Part shown: in pieces, positions 41,358-56,041 of the stretch
How positions within the stretch are numbered: position 1 is the stretch's first letter
How the letters are laid out: each line of letters begins with the position of its first letter
Assembly (NCBI GenBank): GCA_001949185.1
Contig: BDGG01000018.1
Coordinates: forward strand, 434,001 to 498,000
Source: Ramazzottius varieornatus
Lineage: Eukaryota > Animalia > Tardigrada
Length of the DNA stretch: 64,000 nt
Direction: 5' to 3'
Position numbers and translations under genes: made by a program
The notes under the pieces: generated by a model
What the model was told of the DNA's origin: nothing
Seen by the model: only the letters and a program-made list of their open reading frames with translations
Database searches by the model: none

Positions 41358-41905
41358 TCAAGCCGTTAAGGCAGACGGCGGCATCAAAACAATTTGACGG
41401 CGGGCAGCGCAATCGGCACATCGAGCCAGGACTTCCGGCGCATTGACGGGCATACCACGTTCGGCCATCTCGATGTCCTCATGATCAGCTTGGGTGGGCA
41501 TTCTTCCAGTGGTCAGGAAGACATCCAGCTGACGAGCTTTGGTGACGAACCAGCCCCCGAGGTAGTTCTGACACAGCAGAACCATCACCAACAAAGCTAG
41601 TAAGCCCCAGCCAACCAGTGCCGCAATCAACCAGCTCGAACTGTACGTGTCGGGAACCGTGTTCGCAGTTGCGCCAGGCCATTGTTCGGGCAGATTCTTA
41701 GGGACATCTGTAAGGAAAGGCACAATTACAAACTCGTTCCAGATACGTACAGCAGTGTAGGGAAAGGAGCACTTACAGGAGGAGTTTCTTCGGAAGCACC
41801 TAAACTCATCCTTTTCTCCAGGACAATCATCGGAGAGATCGCAGACCTTCTCTGCCGCAATCGCGAAGTTGGCAGTGAGGCACCTCTAATTGCCGCCATG
41901 GTACT
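41358..41905 (-). CDS. LDL-receptor class A-like module plus single TM helix; 3' part of a gene or a pseudogene
   Basis: RCLTANFAIAAEKVCDLSDDCPGEKDEFRC joined by a phase-1 GT-AG intron (41708-41776) to ...WLIAALVGWGLLALLVMVLLC... TAG at 41886-41888 is either a stop or a splice acceptor; no start found. Confidence 0.5.
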
Positions 41906-42105
41906 GGCAGACTCAAACAGAACAAAGGAAAGGGAAGGAAGAGAAGAGAGGGAGATGAAAAGTTCACTAATTTCCCCCGGTAACCCGGGAGCGAAGGTCA
42001 AAATGCAAAAAAAATCACAGATAGTTGGCGACATAACGCCGCCGCTGAGTTGAACTGAACAGAAAAATCCGGAGGGCTAAAATAAAGGAAAGAAGGCCTG
42101 CAGAA

Positions 42106-42534
42106 CAGAGCCCTGCAACATGCAGCACGTTCTGCACTGCACTGCACTTTACAACAATGCAGTGCAGTTGCAGTTGCCGAAATGGTGAGAAAATGCAGTT
42201 GCAGTGCAGTTGCGGTTTTGAAAAAGTGAGCACCGTTCATCGCAGTATACTGTGGTGGGCTACAAAACAGTAGTAACGTCGGCTTTTTTTGCATTTTCTG
42301 GCCGGATTCTACCGTTTTTCGGTCGGATCTCCGTAAAACAATGACGTTTACGTTGTGTTTGACATGCATTTCCGTTGGTGGGCAGATACTCTTAAATTTT
42401 GAAATGCGGTGCAGTAAAGTTGCAGATTGGAAAACAGCACAGAATTGCAGATGCAGTGCAGTTGCAGTTTCTGGAAACCGGATGCAGTGCAGAAGCAGCA
42501 CTGATTCAGGCTCAGCTACTGCTGCAGGGCTCTA
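42106..42534. mobile_element. hAT-like MITE with TGCAG subterminal repeats
   Basis: TIRs CAGAGCCCTGCAACA / TGCTGCAGGGCTCTA (13/15); 8-bp TSD CTGCAGAA / CCGCAGAA; internal TGCAGTGCAGTTGCAGTT arrays. Confidence 0.8.
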
Positions 42535-43258
42535 CCGCAGAAGGAAAAGGAGGGTCCAGCAAACAGGGGATGGGGCCGATCCCCGGGGGTAAGGACACCA
42601 AAATCCAGCAACCGGCCTAATCAATCAACAGACTGTCTAATTGACGGCAGACATTTGCATACTGGCCGATCAAAATCCTCCAACCCTCGCAGTCCAGGGA
42701 TGGGCTAAGGGCCTGATTTCGCCTGGGGAGATTCCTGGTATTCCCGGTAGCCTAGACTAACCATGTCTGGATATCGGTGATGTGAGCTCGGGTCGTGGGA
42801 AACCTTACCTAAGGGCTAACGCAAATCCGCCAGCAGGGAGGGAAGCACAGACCAGTTCTGGAAGATATCAACGAAAGAAAGCCCTTCGTGTGACTGTGCC
42901 ATCAAAAGTTGGTGCATCAGTCCGTGGCCAACTAAGACTTGAACTTGACGACTGTACTAAACATTTGAAGTCAACTTTTCGTCTCTTTTTCCAGGTTCCA
43001 TTCAGCAGAATGTCGTTCCTTGTTCTCGGTTTTGACTGCGTACATCGCTGGGGCTGCAGCACGCAGAGTGACTTTCGCCCTACGTAGCTAGCCAGCGGAC
43101 ATAACTTCACACAGTTTAGCAGTATTACTTGTACAAGATCATAAAGCGGAGGAACGTTAACGGGAAGACTAAAGAAGGTTGAAAGGCATCAAGAACTGTA
43201 CGAAGCTGTCTGCCCACTACTTTGTCGCTTTTTCCCCGCCAGCTCTGCTCGCCAGATA

Positions 43259-45396
43259 TCACCGTAAAACATCGGGCTGTGTGGCTTTTCTTTCATGAAT
43301 GGCTTCAAATTCCAAGAATCTTTGGAGAACAGGAGGAAGGTAGGTCTTGCCCAGACATCGCCTCGCTTCATAGGCGTTCAGCAGTATGGCATCACGGCAA
43401 AGAGCTTTGAGAGTGGGAACTGCCAAGTAAACCAAGCAGGTTAAGAAGATTTAAGGGAGAGACTTTTTCTGGAAAGGAATGGTACCGTGGTAGAGAGGAA
43501 CGATACGGATGGTTTTGGTAATGCCGTAGATATCACAGACAGCGAAGAGTGGCTGGTTGACGTCCAGTTCGAAGGGGTATGGTCCCCGACATTCTCCGTT
43601 GACGACAAAGTACAAGAAAGCCAGGTCCTCTCCTTCCTTAGTGTAGAAGACTCCTACGCGACTGCCTTCGGCCACCGGGGCTTTGCTTAACTCTTCCGGC
43701 AGCGGTGAATGGTTATCGATTGGCTGGTCGTACTTCAGCCTGCGAACAGAAAACCATTATGTGACAGCATAATAGCTTCCACAACTAGGGCATCCCGTTG
43801 CCCGTCCTATTCCTGTCTGCCTTTCCGACGGCTCAATATCTACGAAACAGGCAGGAACAAGAGTTTTGTTGAATGGATATCATCCAGGCACGTCCATCTT
43901 GCGTGGTATGCTTGCGTAATCTGCTCCCTTTTTTGTCTGACTCTCGCGTCACAGAAACCTTACGATATCGACCCTGTCTGGCAGCTCACCCACCATCCAC
44001 GCTTCCAGCACGTTCTATCTCTACTTTGAGAACATGATGAAAGAGTGATAAACTTATCCAGTCAGCACTGGGTGCCGCTGCACAAAAATGTAGGAGCTCG
44101 GCCAACAAACTCGACCAGATGGCTTTTTCGAGTGGCGCACGCTTTCGGTGATATGGTCTGAAAGAGTGCGCCACTTGAAAAGCAGTCTGCTTGCGTTTTT
44201 CCGCGAGCTCTCAAATATTACCACACGTCCAAGGAGCCTGTAAATTTTACATGGTGGGAAAGTGCTACACAATGGTTTGAGAGGGTTCGATCGCAAGCGT
44301 TTTTCTAGCCTGGATCAAGATAAAGTTAACGATCCGATTAAGTTCCTTATGGCGCGCACGTTACTGCCGACTGTGACGCACGTGGACACTAGCGTTTAAT
44401 CATTCTCAAGGGGGCTCGAACGGAAGAGAGCCATGTCAGGAATTCTCAAGCATCGATCAAGCGTGCCAGACTCTCATGTGCTGCACTAACCTGTTTGTGT
44501 GGCCGGAAACGTGACGGTTCTTCGTCTGTCTGCGTCTCCTGGGATTCAGTGCGTCAAAGTTAAGCCGAGCGCCAAATGGGGCGTTCCTCAGCATCTTTAA
44601 AAGCTTGCTTTCCGAGACGGTTAGCAGGCTACTCAGCTCGTCGTCCACTTCCGTTCGGTCCAAAGTGTACATCCAGGAAGTCCCTTCAGCCACTAAATCC
44701 GGCAAGGCAAACCTCGGGATGCAATCCCTTTTAGCCGGATCTGCAAAGCACACATCACAAAGCCCAATCTCAATCCAACATAATCGAACTTCGATTCGCA
44801 TACAAAGTCGCGGACACAGCGAGAGCGAAAATGGAAGGCCGTCTAACAAGATGCGCAACATCGTCATATTAAGTGGCGCGCACTCCGGGCTAATAACACT
44901 GACGATGTGCGCCAGCTGAGAACAATCTTCTCGTCGAGTTTGGTTGTTCTCCGAAGTGGCGCGCGTTTGTGGTGTTATTGGCAGAAAGAGTGCGCCAATT
45001 GGAAAACACTCAGTTTTGTCTGCAGCGTGCGACATCATCGCGGAAGTCGTCTCGACACGGCGCGCCACACAGTTAGCTGCTATCCTGCTGTGACGTCACG
45101 GAGTATTCTTTCTGCAGTCATTAACTCAACTAACCTGTTTCGGTTATGCCAATGCGCAAACTTCCATTCCATCCTAGATCGTTTCGTTCGACTTCCACCA
45201 AAAATAATTCATTTGGTCGTAGCGGTTTCTCACTGAAGACCAGTCCATCGGAAAAACTAGCCACTCTGGTCGCTACCGTCCGGTTTTCGCCCAAGCGGAC
45301 ATTGCGTCCTTGACAGGTGTGAAACCGATGAGGAATATTCCTTCCACACTCCCAGTTCTCCTTTCTGTCATTCGCGACGTTCACCGAGGTTGGCAT
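43259..45396 (-). CDS. NEURL2: Neuralized-like protein 2 (NHR domain + SOCS box), multi-exon
   Basis: NHR RFHTCQGRNVRL...ATRVASFSDGLVFSEKPLRPNELFLVEVERNDLGWNGSLRIGIT; FALPDL; GSRVGV...VNGECRGP...PLFAVCDIYGITKTIRIV; SOCS box VPTLKALCRDAI...LPPVLQRFL. Confidence 0.85.
44094..44210. repeat. Palindromic N27 element, full-length monomer (NEURL2 intron)
   Basis: GAGCTCGGCCAACAAACTCGACCAGAT...GAGTGGCGCA(44130)-N27-TGCGCCACTT(44176)...CGAGCTC. Confidence 0.9.
44871..45000. repeat. Palindromic N27 element dimer (NEURL2 intron 1)
   Basis: Units at 44871 (core CTAATAACA) and 44954 (core TGTTATTGG), both N27. Confidence 0.9.
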
Positions 45397-46500
45397 AGTT
45401 GTTCGACAGTGCGGAATATTAAAGGCAAAAACCGATGATCGCCAAATGCAGGTTCAAAATGCAAGTTTCAAAGTTTCCAGACGGCAGGAAAGATAAATGC
45501 GTGATGATCAAATTTGGTCAGGAAGAATATCTGATCAAGGCGGTAAAATAATTATGTAACACGAAAGCAGCTGCGCGTTTTCATTCGATGAACCTACTTT
45601 CGCAAGCAGGTTAAATTTTTCCAATCATACATGCTATCAAGCGATTAGGTAAGAGCTGGCTGTTTATGTAGCCTTCAGCATGCAGCAGCAGCGAAGCAAC
45701 CTAATTTGCAAGCCGGACAAAGCAAGCAAAAAGCACGAGCTCAAGCACACAAGTCGATCACGTTTGTCTCATATCGAATGAATGAGCGGAAAGAAAAATG
45801 AAAGTCTGGTGCTCCAACGAGATTTTCGCGGCCTGGCGGGCGCCAGTATCGACCTACGTACCCCACTCAGCTGGGCGGACTTGTGCCAAGCTTCCGCTTC
45901 CACACAAACGTACAGCCACGAGACTCACGGCAGTGACGATAATCCTCCACTCTCGTAGAACGCAAAATAGACTAGTTAGTAAAAAAATGCGATGTCTGAG
46001 CTAAATATGGTGCTGAAGCGCGATCTTTCCGGCACAGACTGTGTTAACTGAGGGACAACGGATTTTACTGCACATCCTAATCTCGTATGCTCGATTTTCA
46101 CACCGGAAGCCCCATAACAAGCTCAGCGTCTAAACTAGCCCAAATGTAAGCTAATTTCCCCATCAGTGAAGTGTAGCAGAAGGGAAACCCATCATCAATA
46201 GCAAAACAGCCGAAAACCATCATATACCTGCATACATGCGGACCGCAAAATGTGCTTGGCTCTCTGTATACAGGTTCATGAAGCCTCCCGTCCTTCAGTT
46301 TGAAGTCTCGTATGAAGTCGCGCATTCGGCAACATTTTTTTACGAATGAAAAATTCATACAATGGAAGAGGTCAATAAACAGAAAGTTCTTATGTAAGAC
46401 CGGGAAATGTATTGAAATACTATAATGGAAATCACACCTGGTAAAATTTGAGTTCGCTTGCCGATCATTCACTCACACGACGCCCCCGTGAGGTACCGTG

Positions 46501-49255
<2,755 letters not shown>

Positions 49256-50291
49256 CTTGAAAGATGGACGGGTAGACCGCAGACAGAAGGAGGATCAGCT
49301 GATAAAGTATGGAACGTCTGGTAGGCGTAGACCTTGAGTTGAATGACGGCTGATTTCCGTTTGGTCACCGAGGCACCTCCGCGAGTGCTTTCTTCCAACT
49401 CCAAACCTGTTATCGTCTTCAAAGGAGAACAAAACCCCAAAGCAAAGCGTGTAGAGACTGTGAACTTTCGACTTCCGGTCGGAGAACAAAATCTTATTGA
49501 CATTCGCTGACATGACAGTCTGACAGTTATGATGTGTGTTATTGATCGTCATGTCATAGGTTGGCTTGGTAGTTGCACTTGCACCGGAGGTCCGACATCC
49601 GAAACAGAGGATGAGGCAGCCGCTGGAAGCAGACGTTATCCATCGAGATGTCTGAGATCCGGCTACAATGCTTGTGCGCTTCGAAACAACGTGAAATACC
49701 AGGATCTCGAGCAGGACGACCTCAGCAAGTGTACTTACTGTGTCCGAAGATCGGAAAACGAAAACATTCCAGCTTTGGTTTTCTCCCGCCTTTCGGTACG
49801 CTTTCTCACGCAGACAAGCAATGATTATTACGTCATGAACCCTCAACATTGTTTAACGTAAAATTCGATTAGTCTTCTGACGTCAGCTACAACGATTGTA
49901 CCTCATCCAGTTTGTGCGAAAACTGTGAGAGGCGGAGTCAAGCCCACTTGACTAATTTATTGGCCACCCTAGCTAACCGTTGTTTTCGAGCCGTTGGAAA
50001 AATGCCCATTTTGAACTTCATCCAGAATCTGCGATCCTTGGACTTCCGTTGCCGCGTTCATCCCATGAAGTAAGCCCGATAGTCTTCCAGGACTCTTCTC
50101 GCACCGTCGTTCAAGAACGGACCTGCACCTAGATGGATCCACGAAGCTGAGCTCGGCAGAACAAGATGACGGTAGGGAAAATCTGTGTCGCATTCCCTTT
50201 TTTATTCCAGAAAATTCGCAAACCGTTGTTCATTTGTATCCAAAGTTCCATTCTTTTGTAGGATCGAGCGGATACGGGATGGCCCGAAAAC

Positions 50292-52233
50292 ATGGTGGAA
50301 GCTGACGATGAGACACAGTTCAAGAAACTGTTCGATCTGTACGGTCTAGGTGTCGACATTGCTGACATCTCCTTCGAGCTGTTGGACATCTGTAGCGAAA
50401 ACCTCGTCGAACTCGACTCTTCCTTCACAACTCCCAACGGTCCACTTGTCCCGGAAAACACTAAGGCAGTTTCAGACGAGATTGCCTTACCAAACATCGA
50501 ACAGTTTCACCAACAGAATGACCAACAGTCTTCGAAGCCAAACGAGCTCATGTTCTCTCCCAACATGTACGCTCACGACCAGCTGGCCTTCTCCGACTAC
50601 ATGATGGTCCACAGTACCTCTGGCATGCCCGCCATGTCGGCAGATGGTCGGTTGTTCGTCCAGCCGCTCTTTACCCCACAGAACGTTTCTCACGGACAGA
50701 CGGGACACTTCAGCTTCCATTCGTTGCCTCCTTCGCCTGTCGACTCCAACTTCTTCTTCGAACAACAGCCTCAATCAGCCCCTAAAGGTCCATTGACGGG
50801 CTACCCAGCTGGAGGATCGAAGTCGTTGAAGAAGTGCAAGACGTCGCCCGTCAGTTTGACGGAGCATCGAGCTCAAGCGGCCGTTAGAAAGTACTCAGCG
50901 GACTTGGACACTCCCAAAGAGAACCTGACGGTTGACGTTGATGAACTGTGGCCTGCAGATGACAACGTCTTTTCCGATGATGAAGAGGAGGTTGAGGAAG
51001 GGGAGTTTGGGAGTTTGGATGAGGTTGGGAAAGAAGGGAAGAAAAGGAAAGGTGCGGAGAAGGTGGAGGAGAACGGAGGCACGACATACCCCAAGCCACC
51101 CTATTCTTACAGCTCGCTGGTGGCTTTGGCCTTGAAGAACAGCCGCAATGGAAGGATGACTGTACGGGACATCTATAATTTCATGTGGTGAGTTCGCTTT
51201 GACAAACGGCAGCTCGGTAAACAAACTCGATCAAGTCATTTCCCAAGTGGCGCACGCTTCCAGCCGGTAGCACTGGAAGAATACGCCAGCAGTCGAACTG
51301 GATAAGATCGATTGCTCCAAGTGGCGCAGACATTCTCTTAATAGCAATGAGGATGTGCGCCACTCGGGGGAGAGTATACTATCGGGCTCGTTTTGAGCGA
51401 CGTTCGTTTAAACTGAAGGGGTGCTTTCATGGTTGAAATCTGCGATATGTTTAAATTTCAGTAACCATTTTCCGTACTTCCGGACGGCGGCGGTCGGGTG
51501 GAAGAACTCGGTGCGACATAACCTGTCGTTGAATCCGGCCTTCTTGAAGATCGTGGGCCAGACGGGACCTGCGCGAGCTCGAACGGCCTGTCGATGGACC
51601 ATCAACCCGGACAGGTTCAATAAAGTCACGGAAGAGATTGCCAGACATCGGACCAAATCGCTCAGCCTCATCCAACAAAGCATGAGGAACCCCGGTAAAT
51701 TCATTTTCTGATTATTTTATTCTTCAAAATAACGTCCGCTTAAGGTGTAATTGTGGATGAATATTTTCGTGTTTTCTTAGAGTTGTTGAAGCAAATCGAA
51801 GAAGGAACCGTGCAAGACTTTTCCAACGCCATTAAAGGCGTCACTGTCGAAGAGAAACGTCCCGGAGACCGTCGTCGTCGCTCTCCAAAGGTAAGGCAAT
51901 GTCGATGAGGAAAACTGTAAGTTAGACAAATGTTCCCCCTGATTTCTGATGCATGAACTTAGACAATGAATATTTGTCCATATTTGGCAGAAGCCTAAGA
52001 GCCGTCCTGGTTCTCCCCTCAGCATGGTCTTGGTGGAACGTCCAGCGAAAGCAACAGCCATGTTGCCCGTTGCCAGTCGCGTTCCGCCCAACCAGCGTGT
52101 CTTCCGACACGCCAACTACGTAGCCCCGACCTGGGATGTCTACTACAATCAGAAGTCTCCCAACGGAACCAGTGGTCCACAAGGAAGCTTCGGCTCGCAG
52201 GAAAACTTCCCTCCTTACGGCAGATCTCTCTAA
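50292..52233 (+). CDS. Forkhead box N1/4 (jumu-like) transcription factor
   Basis: [33 protein letters not shown]|[31 protein letters not shown]...[15 protein letters not shown]...SMRNPE. Start codon uncertain (acceptor upstream). Confidence 0.88.
51245..51365. repeat. Palindromic N27 element dimer (FoxN forkhead-domain intron)
   Basis: Units at 51245 and 51319, both N27. Confidence 0.9.
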
Positions 52234-52866
52234 ATTTGCCTCAAGTAGGCAAAACTTCAGGTTCTGCACCGTAGTAACTATGAAGCTAATGTTATTCTCC
52301 TTTCGTTTCAGCAAAAGCTACCTCAAGAATTTGTCGGTCTTTTCGAGCAGAAATGAGCTTGTCAGGAAGCCTACTTATTCTTAACTTTAACCTCTTAACT
52401 TTTATTCGTCGACGTGTGCGGTATGAGTGTAGTGCGGTGTAATTATCCAAATTTTCAACAGTCGTCTTGATCTCGGTCTTGATCTTGATTTCTAATTTTT
52501 TGGTTCCTTGATTTTCGGTGAAGAGTTCTGTTTGTTCACATTCCCATGCCATCCTATGTCGATCTCGAAAATTCAGGGATTTCTTCTGGTGTCCTATTAC
52601 CGTATCGTGTTTAATTTTTACTGTTCAGCTGACTTTGTCAGAGACTTCAAACGATAAAATTTCTGGACACAACAATAAAGTAAACCAAATAAATATTCGG
52701 TTGTTAGAATGTTAGTAAGTACACATACAGGCTCTGGCAAGTCAGGTTAGTGACAACGAATACCACAATAAAATTTTGGTTGAGCACCGGTTCCCTGAAA
52801 AAAATTTCAGGCTTCCGCTAAAAGCGAATAAGACAAAAGGCACAGCGAGGAAGATATCCAGATAAT

Positions 52867-55152
52867 TCAAGAGAAAGCCTGGAGGCCAGTAATGGCTCTT
52901 CCTAAGATCAACGTGTGAACATCATACGCCCCTTCATACGTGTTAACACTTTCCAGGTTACACATGTGGCGCATGACATGGTACTCGTCGGAGATACCAT
53001 TACCACCCAGCATATCGCGACACTTCCGGGCGATGTCCAAGGCTTTCCCGCAGGAATTTCGCTTGATCAGCGAAATCATTTCCGGTACGATCCTATGAAG
53101 CAACGGGTTATCTCAGGACTACTGAAAAGAAATAGTCCCTATTACTGGACAAAGGAGGTCGACAAGATTGTTTTCCCAAGTGGCACACTTTCGTAGCGGT
53201 GCTGGCTGCAAGCGTGCGCCGCTTGGCGAAACCAACAAACTCGTCAAGATCATTTTTCCAACTGGCGCACGCTTCCACCTAATAACACCAATAACATGCG
53301 CCACTTGGAGAAACGACCTTGTCAAGTTTGCCTGCCGAGTTTCCAAATAGCTTACTTGTTCTGGTCCTTCAAGCGTCCAACTTGAAGACAAGCCTGAAGC
53401 CCAATGGCAATCTCGGACACTGAGTCAGCCAGCTTCTTCTGAACGAGCTGTGTCTGAGCCAACGGTCGTTCGAACTGTATCCGATCGAGGGTGTACTGTC
53501 TCGCGATGTCCACACAGGCTTCTGCAGCGCCCAACGCACCCCATGCGATACCATACCGAGCCACATTGAGACACCCAAAAGGACCGCCAAGACCTGCAGA
53601 AAGAGAAACTCAGAAAATGGGAGCTCGTCAGATACGCTCGACATGATTATTCTTCATGTGGCGCAAGCTTTCAGTGTTCTCGGCCGAAGGGTGCGCCACT
53701 TCGAAAATAAATCTTGTTGAGTTTTCCCAATATTTCGAATAAATTCTTGTCTACCTGTTATGGTGGGGAACATGTTCTCAGCAGGTACTCTGACGTTATC
53801 CAGAGCTATCTGTCCCGTAATGGAGGCTCGCAGGCTCATTTTACCCTTGATGGTAGGAGTGGTGAAGCCGTCCATGCCTCGCTCCACGATGAAGCCTCGA
53901 ATTTTGCCATCCGGATCGCTTTTCGCCCATACTACTGCGATGTCAGCGATGGGCGAGTTGGTGATCCATGTCTTGGCGCCATTGAGTGTGTAGGTGTTGC
54001 TCTTCTTATCCAACTTTGCCCGGGTCTGCATGCTGCCTGGATCACTTCCGGCGTTGGGCTCTGTCAACAAGAAGCAACAGGTCAAGTGGCGCATGACATT
54101 ACAGCCTGACATACATGACATGAAACGTTACAAACGGCAACCATCGAAACGAACCAAATTTGAACTTGATTAATTCCGTACTGCTAATGATAAAATAGAC
54201 TACAGTAATATGGTTATATGAATCAATCAAGTCAAGTACCTACGATATTTCAACGCTGGTTGTAGTTTGAGTTTGAGAAATTCGATTACAGTCCAGTCGC
54301 TCGAAATCCCTACCGAATTTTTTGGATCTCAGTTCAGAGCCCGCCATACATTCACCATGCAGTATGCCATGCTAAATGCCAAAAATACGTAACACAAGCA
54401 CTACACTCTGTCTTAACTGGTGAAATCAAGTAATCAACTAGTAGGTGACCAAATGTCTGAACATGGCGCGCAGTGTGGTTAACTTTGGATGATTTTCGCG
54501 TTTAAGAAATGCGAAAATTTGGTACGGATTTCGAACGACCGGACTGTAATTTGTTTTCACCTGTCAATCCGAAGCATCCCACGATCTCTCCCGTCGCAAG
54601 TCTCGGCAGAAACCTCTCTTTCTGCTCTTCCGTGCCATAAGAGTAGATAGGATGCATGACGAGGGAAGACTGAACGGACATGGCTGAACGGTAACCACTG
54701 TCGACTCGTTCAATCTCGCGAGCAAGAAGACCATACGAAACGTAGTTCACCCCAGCACAGCCATACCCTTCGATCGTCGCTCCCAAGACTCCCAGCTGCC
54801 CCAACTCCGACATTATCTCACGATCGAAGTGTTCTTTGCGATAGGCTTCGATGACACGAGGGAGAAGCTTGGCTTGGCAGTAGGAACGAAACGTATCGCG
54901 GAGGGCTTTCTCATCTTCGTCCAGCATGGACTCCAGCAGCAGGGGGTCTTTCCAGTTAAACGTTTGCTTGTTCGTCAGCTTGACGGTTCCAGTATGGGGA
55001 GAAGGTTGAAGAGGTTTGGCGGTCTGCTGGTGTGTAGATGGCTTGTCCGTTGTGGGAGAAGGAGCATCTTGTGCTGGCTTCACCTTAAGTTGCGCAAGAT
55101 GGCGTGTAGATCGTAGAGCAGAAGGAGTCCTCTTGAAAGTAAAGGACAACAT
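52867..55152 (-). CDS. GCDH: Glutaryl-CoA dehydrogenase, mitochondrial, 4 exons
   Basis: [10 protein letters not shown]; [30 protein letters not shown]; GCFGLT|EPNAGSDP; [10 protein letters not shown]; [14 protein letters not shown]; [13 protein letters not shown]; [20 protein letters not shown]. Confidence 0.97.
53178..53306. repeat. Palindromic N27 element dimer (GCDH intron 3)
   Basis: Units at 53178 and 53260, both N27. Confidence 0.9.
53656..53701. repeat. Palindromic N27 element (GCDH intron 2)
   Basis: ATGTGGCGCA-N26-TGCGCCACTT. Confidence 0.85.
54289..54546. mobile_element. Tc1/mariner-like MITE in GCDH intron 1
   Basis: ~33-bp TIRs CAGTCCAGTCGCTCGAAATCCCTACCGAATTTT / complement with 4 mismatches; TA on both sides (54287-88, 54547-48). 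Confidence 0.8.
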
Positions 55153-56041
55153 GTTGACAATGGGAACTCCGCTTTCGGTCCTTTCGTGAAAAACGGAAGA
55201 TGAAATCAGAACGCAAACGTACGTAGACAAAAGTGCTGGCAAGTGGCCTGAGTAACTTGCGAAATGTTTTCGCCAGTTTTCGTGTGAACCTGACGTCAAC
55301 ATGGCGACGCGCGAGAAGGCTTCTGATCGGATGAACCGACGCATAACGCAAACTATCGATCGGGTGTGAGAGCACCGTGTCTGAGCACCGCAGGGAGAGG
55401 GAGACCATCGCAGTCATGACACAGGCAGCGTGATAATTTCGTTTACGTCAGAGATGATTCTAACATCCAACTGTTCAAGGTCTAAGCATGGATGATTTTT
55501 GATTTCCATACCACTCATAGTGGCTTTGGTTTGGTGACACCGTTTGGTCACAGACTTTGGCAGACAAGTCTTGAAAAGTCCAAGAAGAATCCCAATACGT
55601 TACCTGCGGAAAACTGAACACAAGCTTGAAAATTCCTTTGCTAGACTCCTTTCGCCGCAAGAGTGCTCACCAGACATGCTCCAGTGGACTTGACCTCAGG
55701 AACCTGAAAGCGTCACATTCGGTCATTCACAATATCGCGATCCAACCGGAAGCCCAGAACAGATTTGCTTCTTGCAGAGGAATACGTTTTGGTTGGTTAC
55801 AACTCTATGTCGAAATGCCACAGAACGCTGAACAGACAGCAGCACCTGGATTAGAAGAAACTGGAAAAGAACAACGTAAGTATGCGACAGCATTATACGC
55901 GATAAGATAACGCACTGTAGCTGCTGAGAAAACCGGAGAATCATGCACATTGTACTTTCATCGTTGAAAGTTGATACGCTCAACATATAAAACTAAAACT
56001 TCAATATCGGAGAATACATCGCTGGCGGTAAATTAGAGTAT

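Noticed and set aside
53178-53306. Repeat-spacer-repeat pattern resembling a CRISPR array
   Set aside because: Spacers share a consensus, arrays have only 2-3 units, the context is eukaryotic introns, and there are no cas genes.
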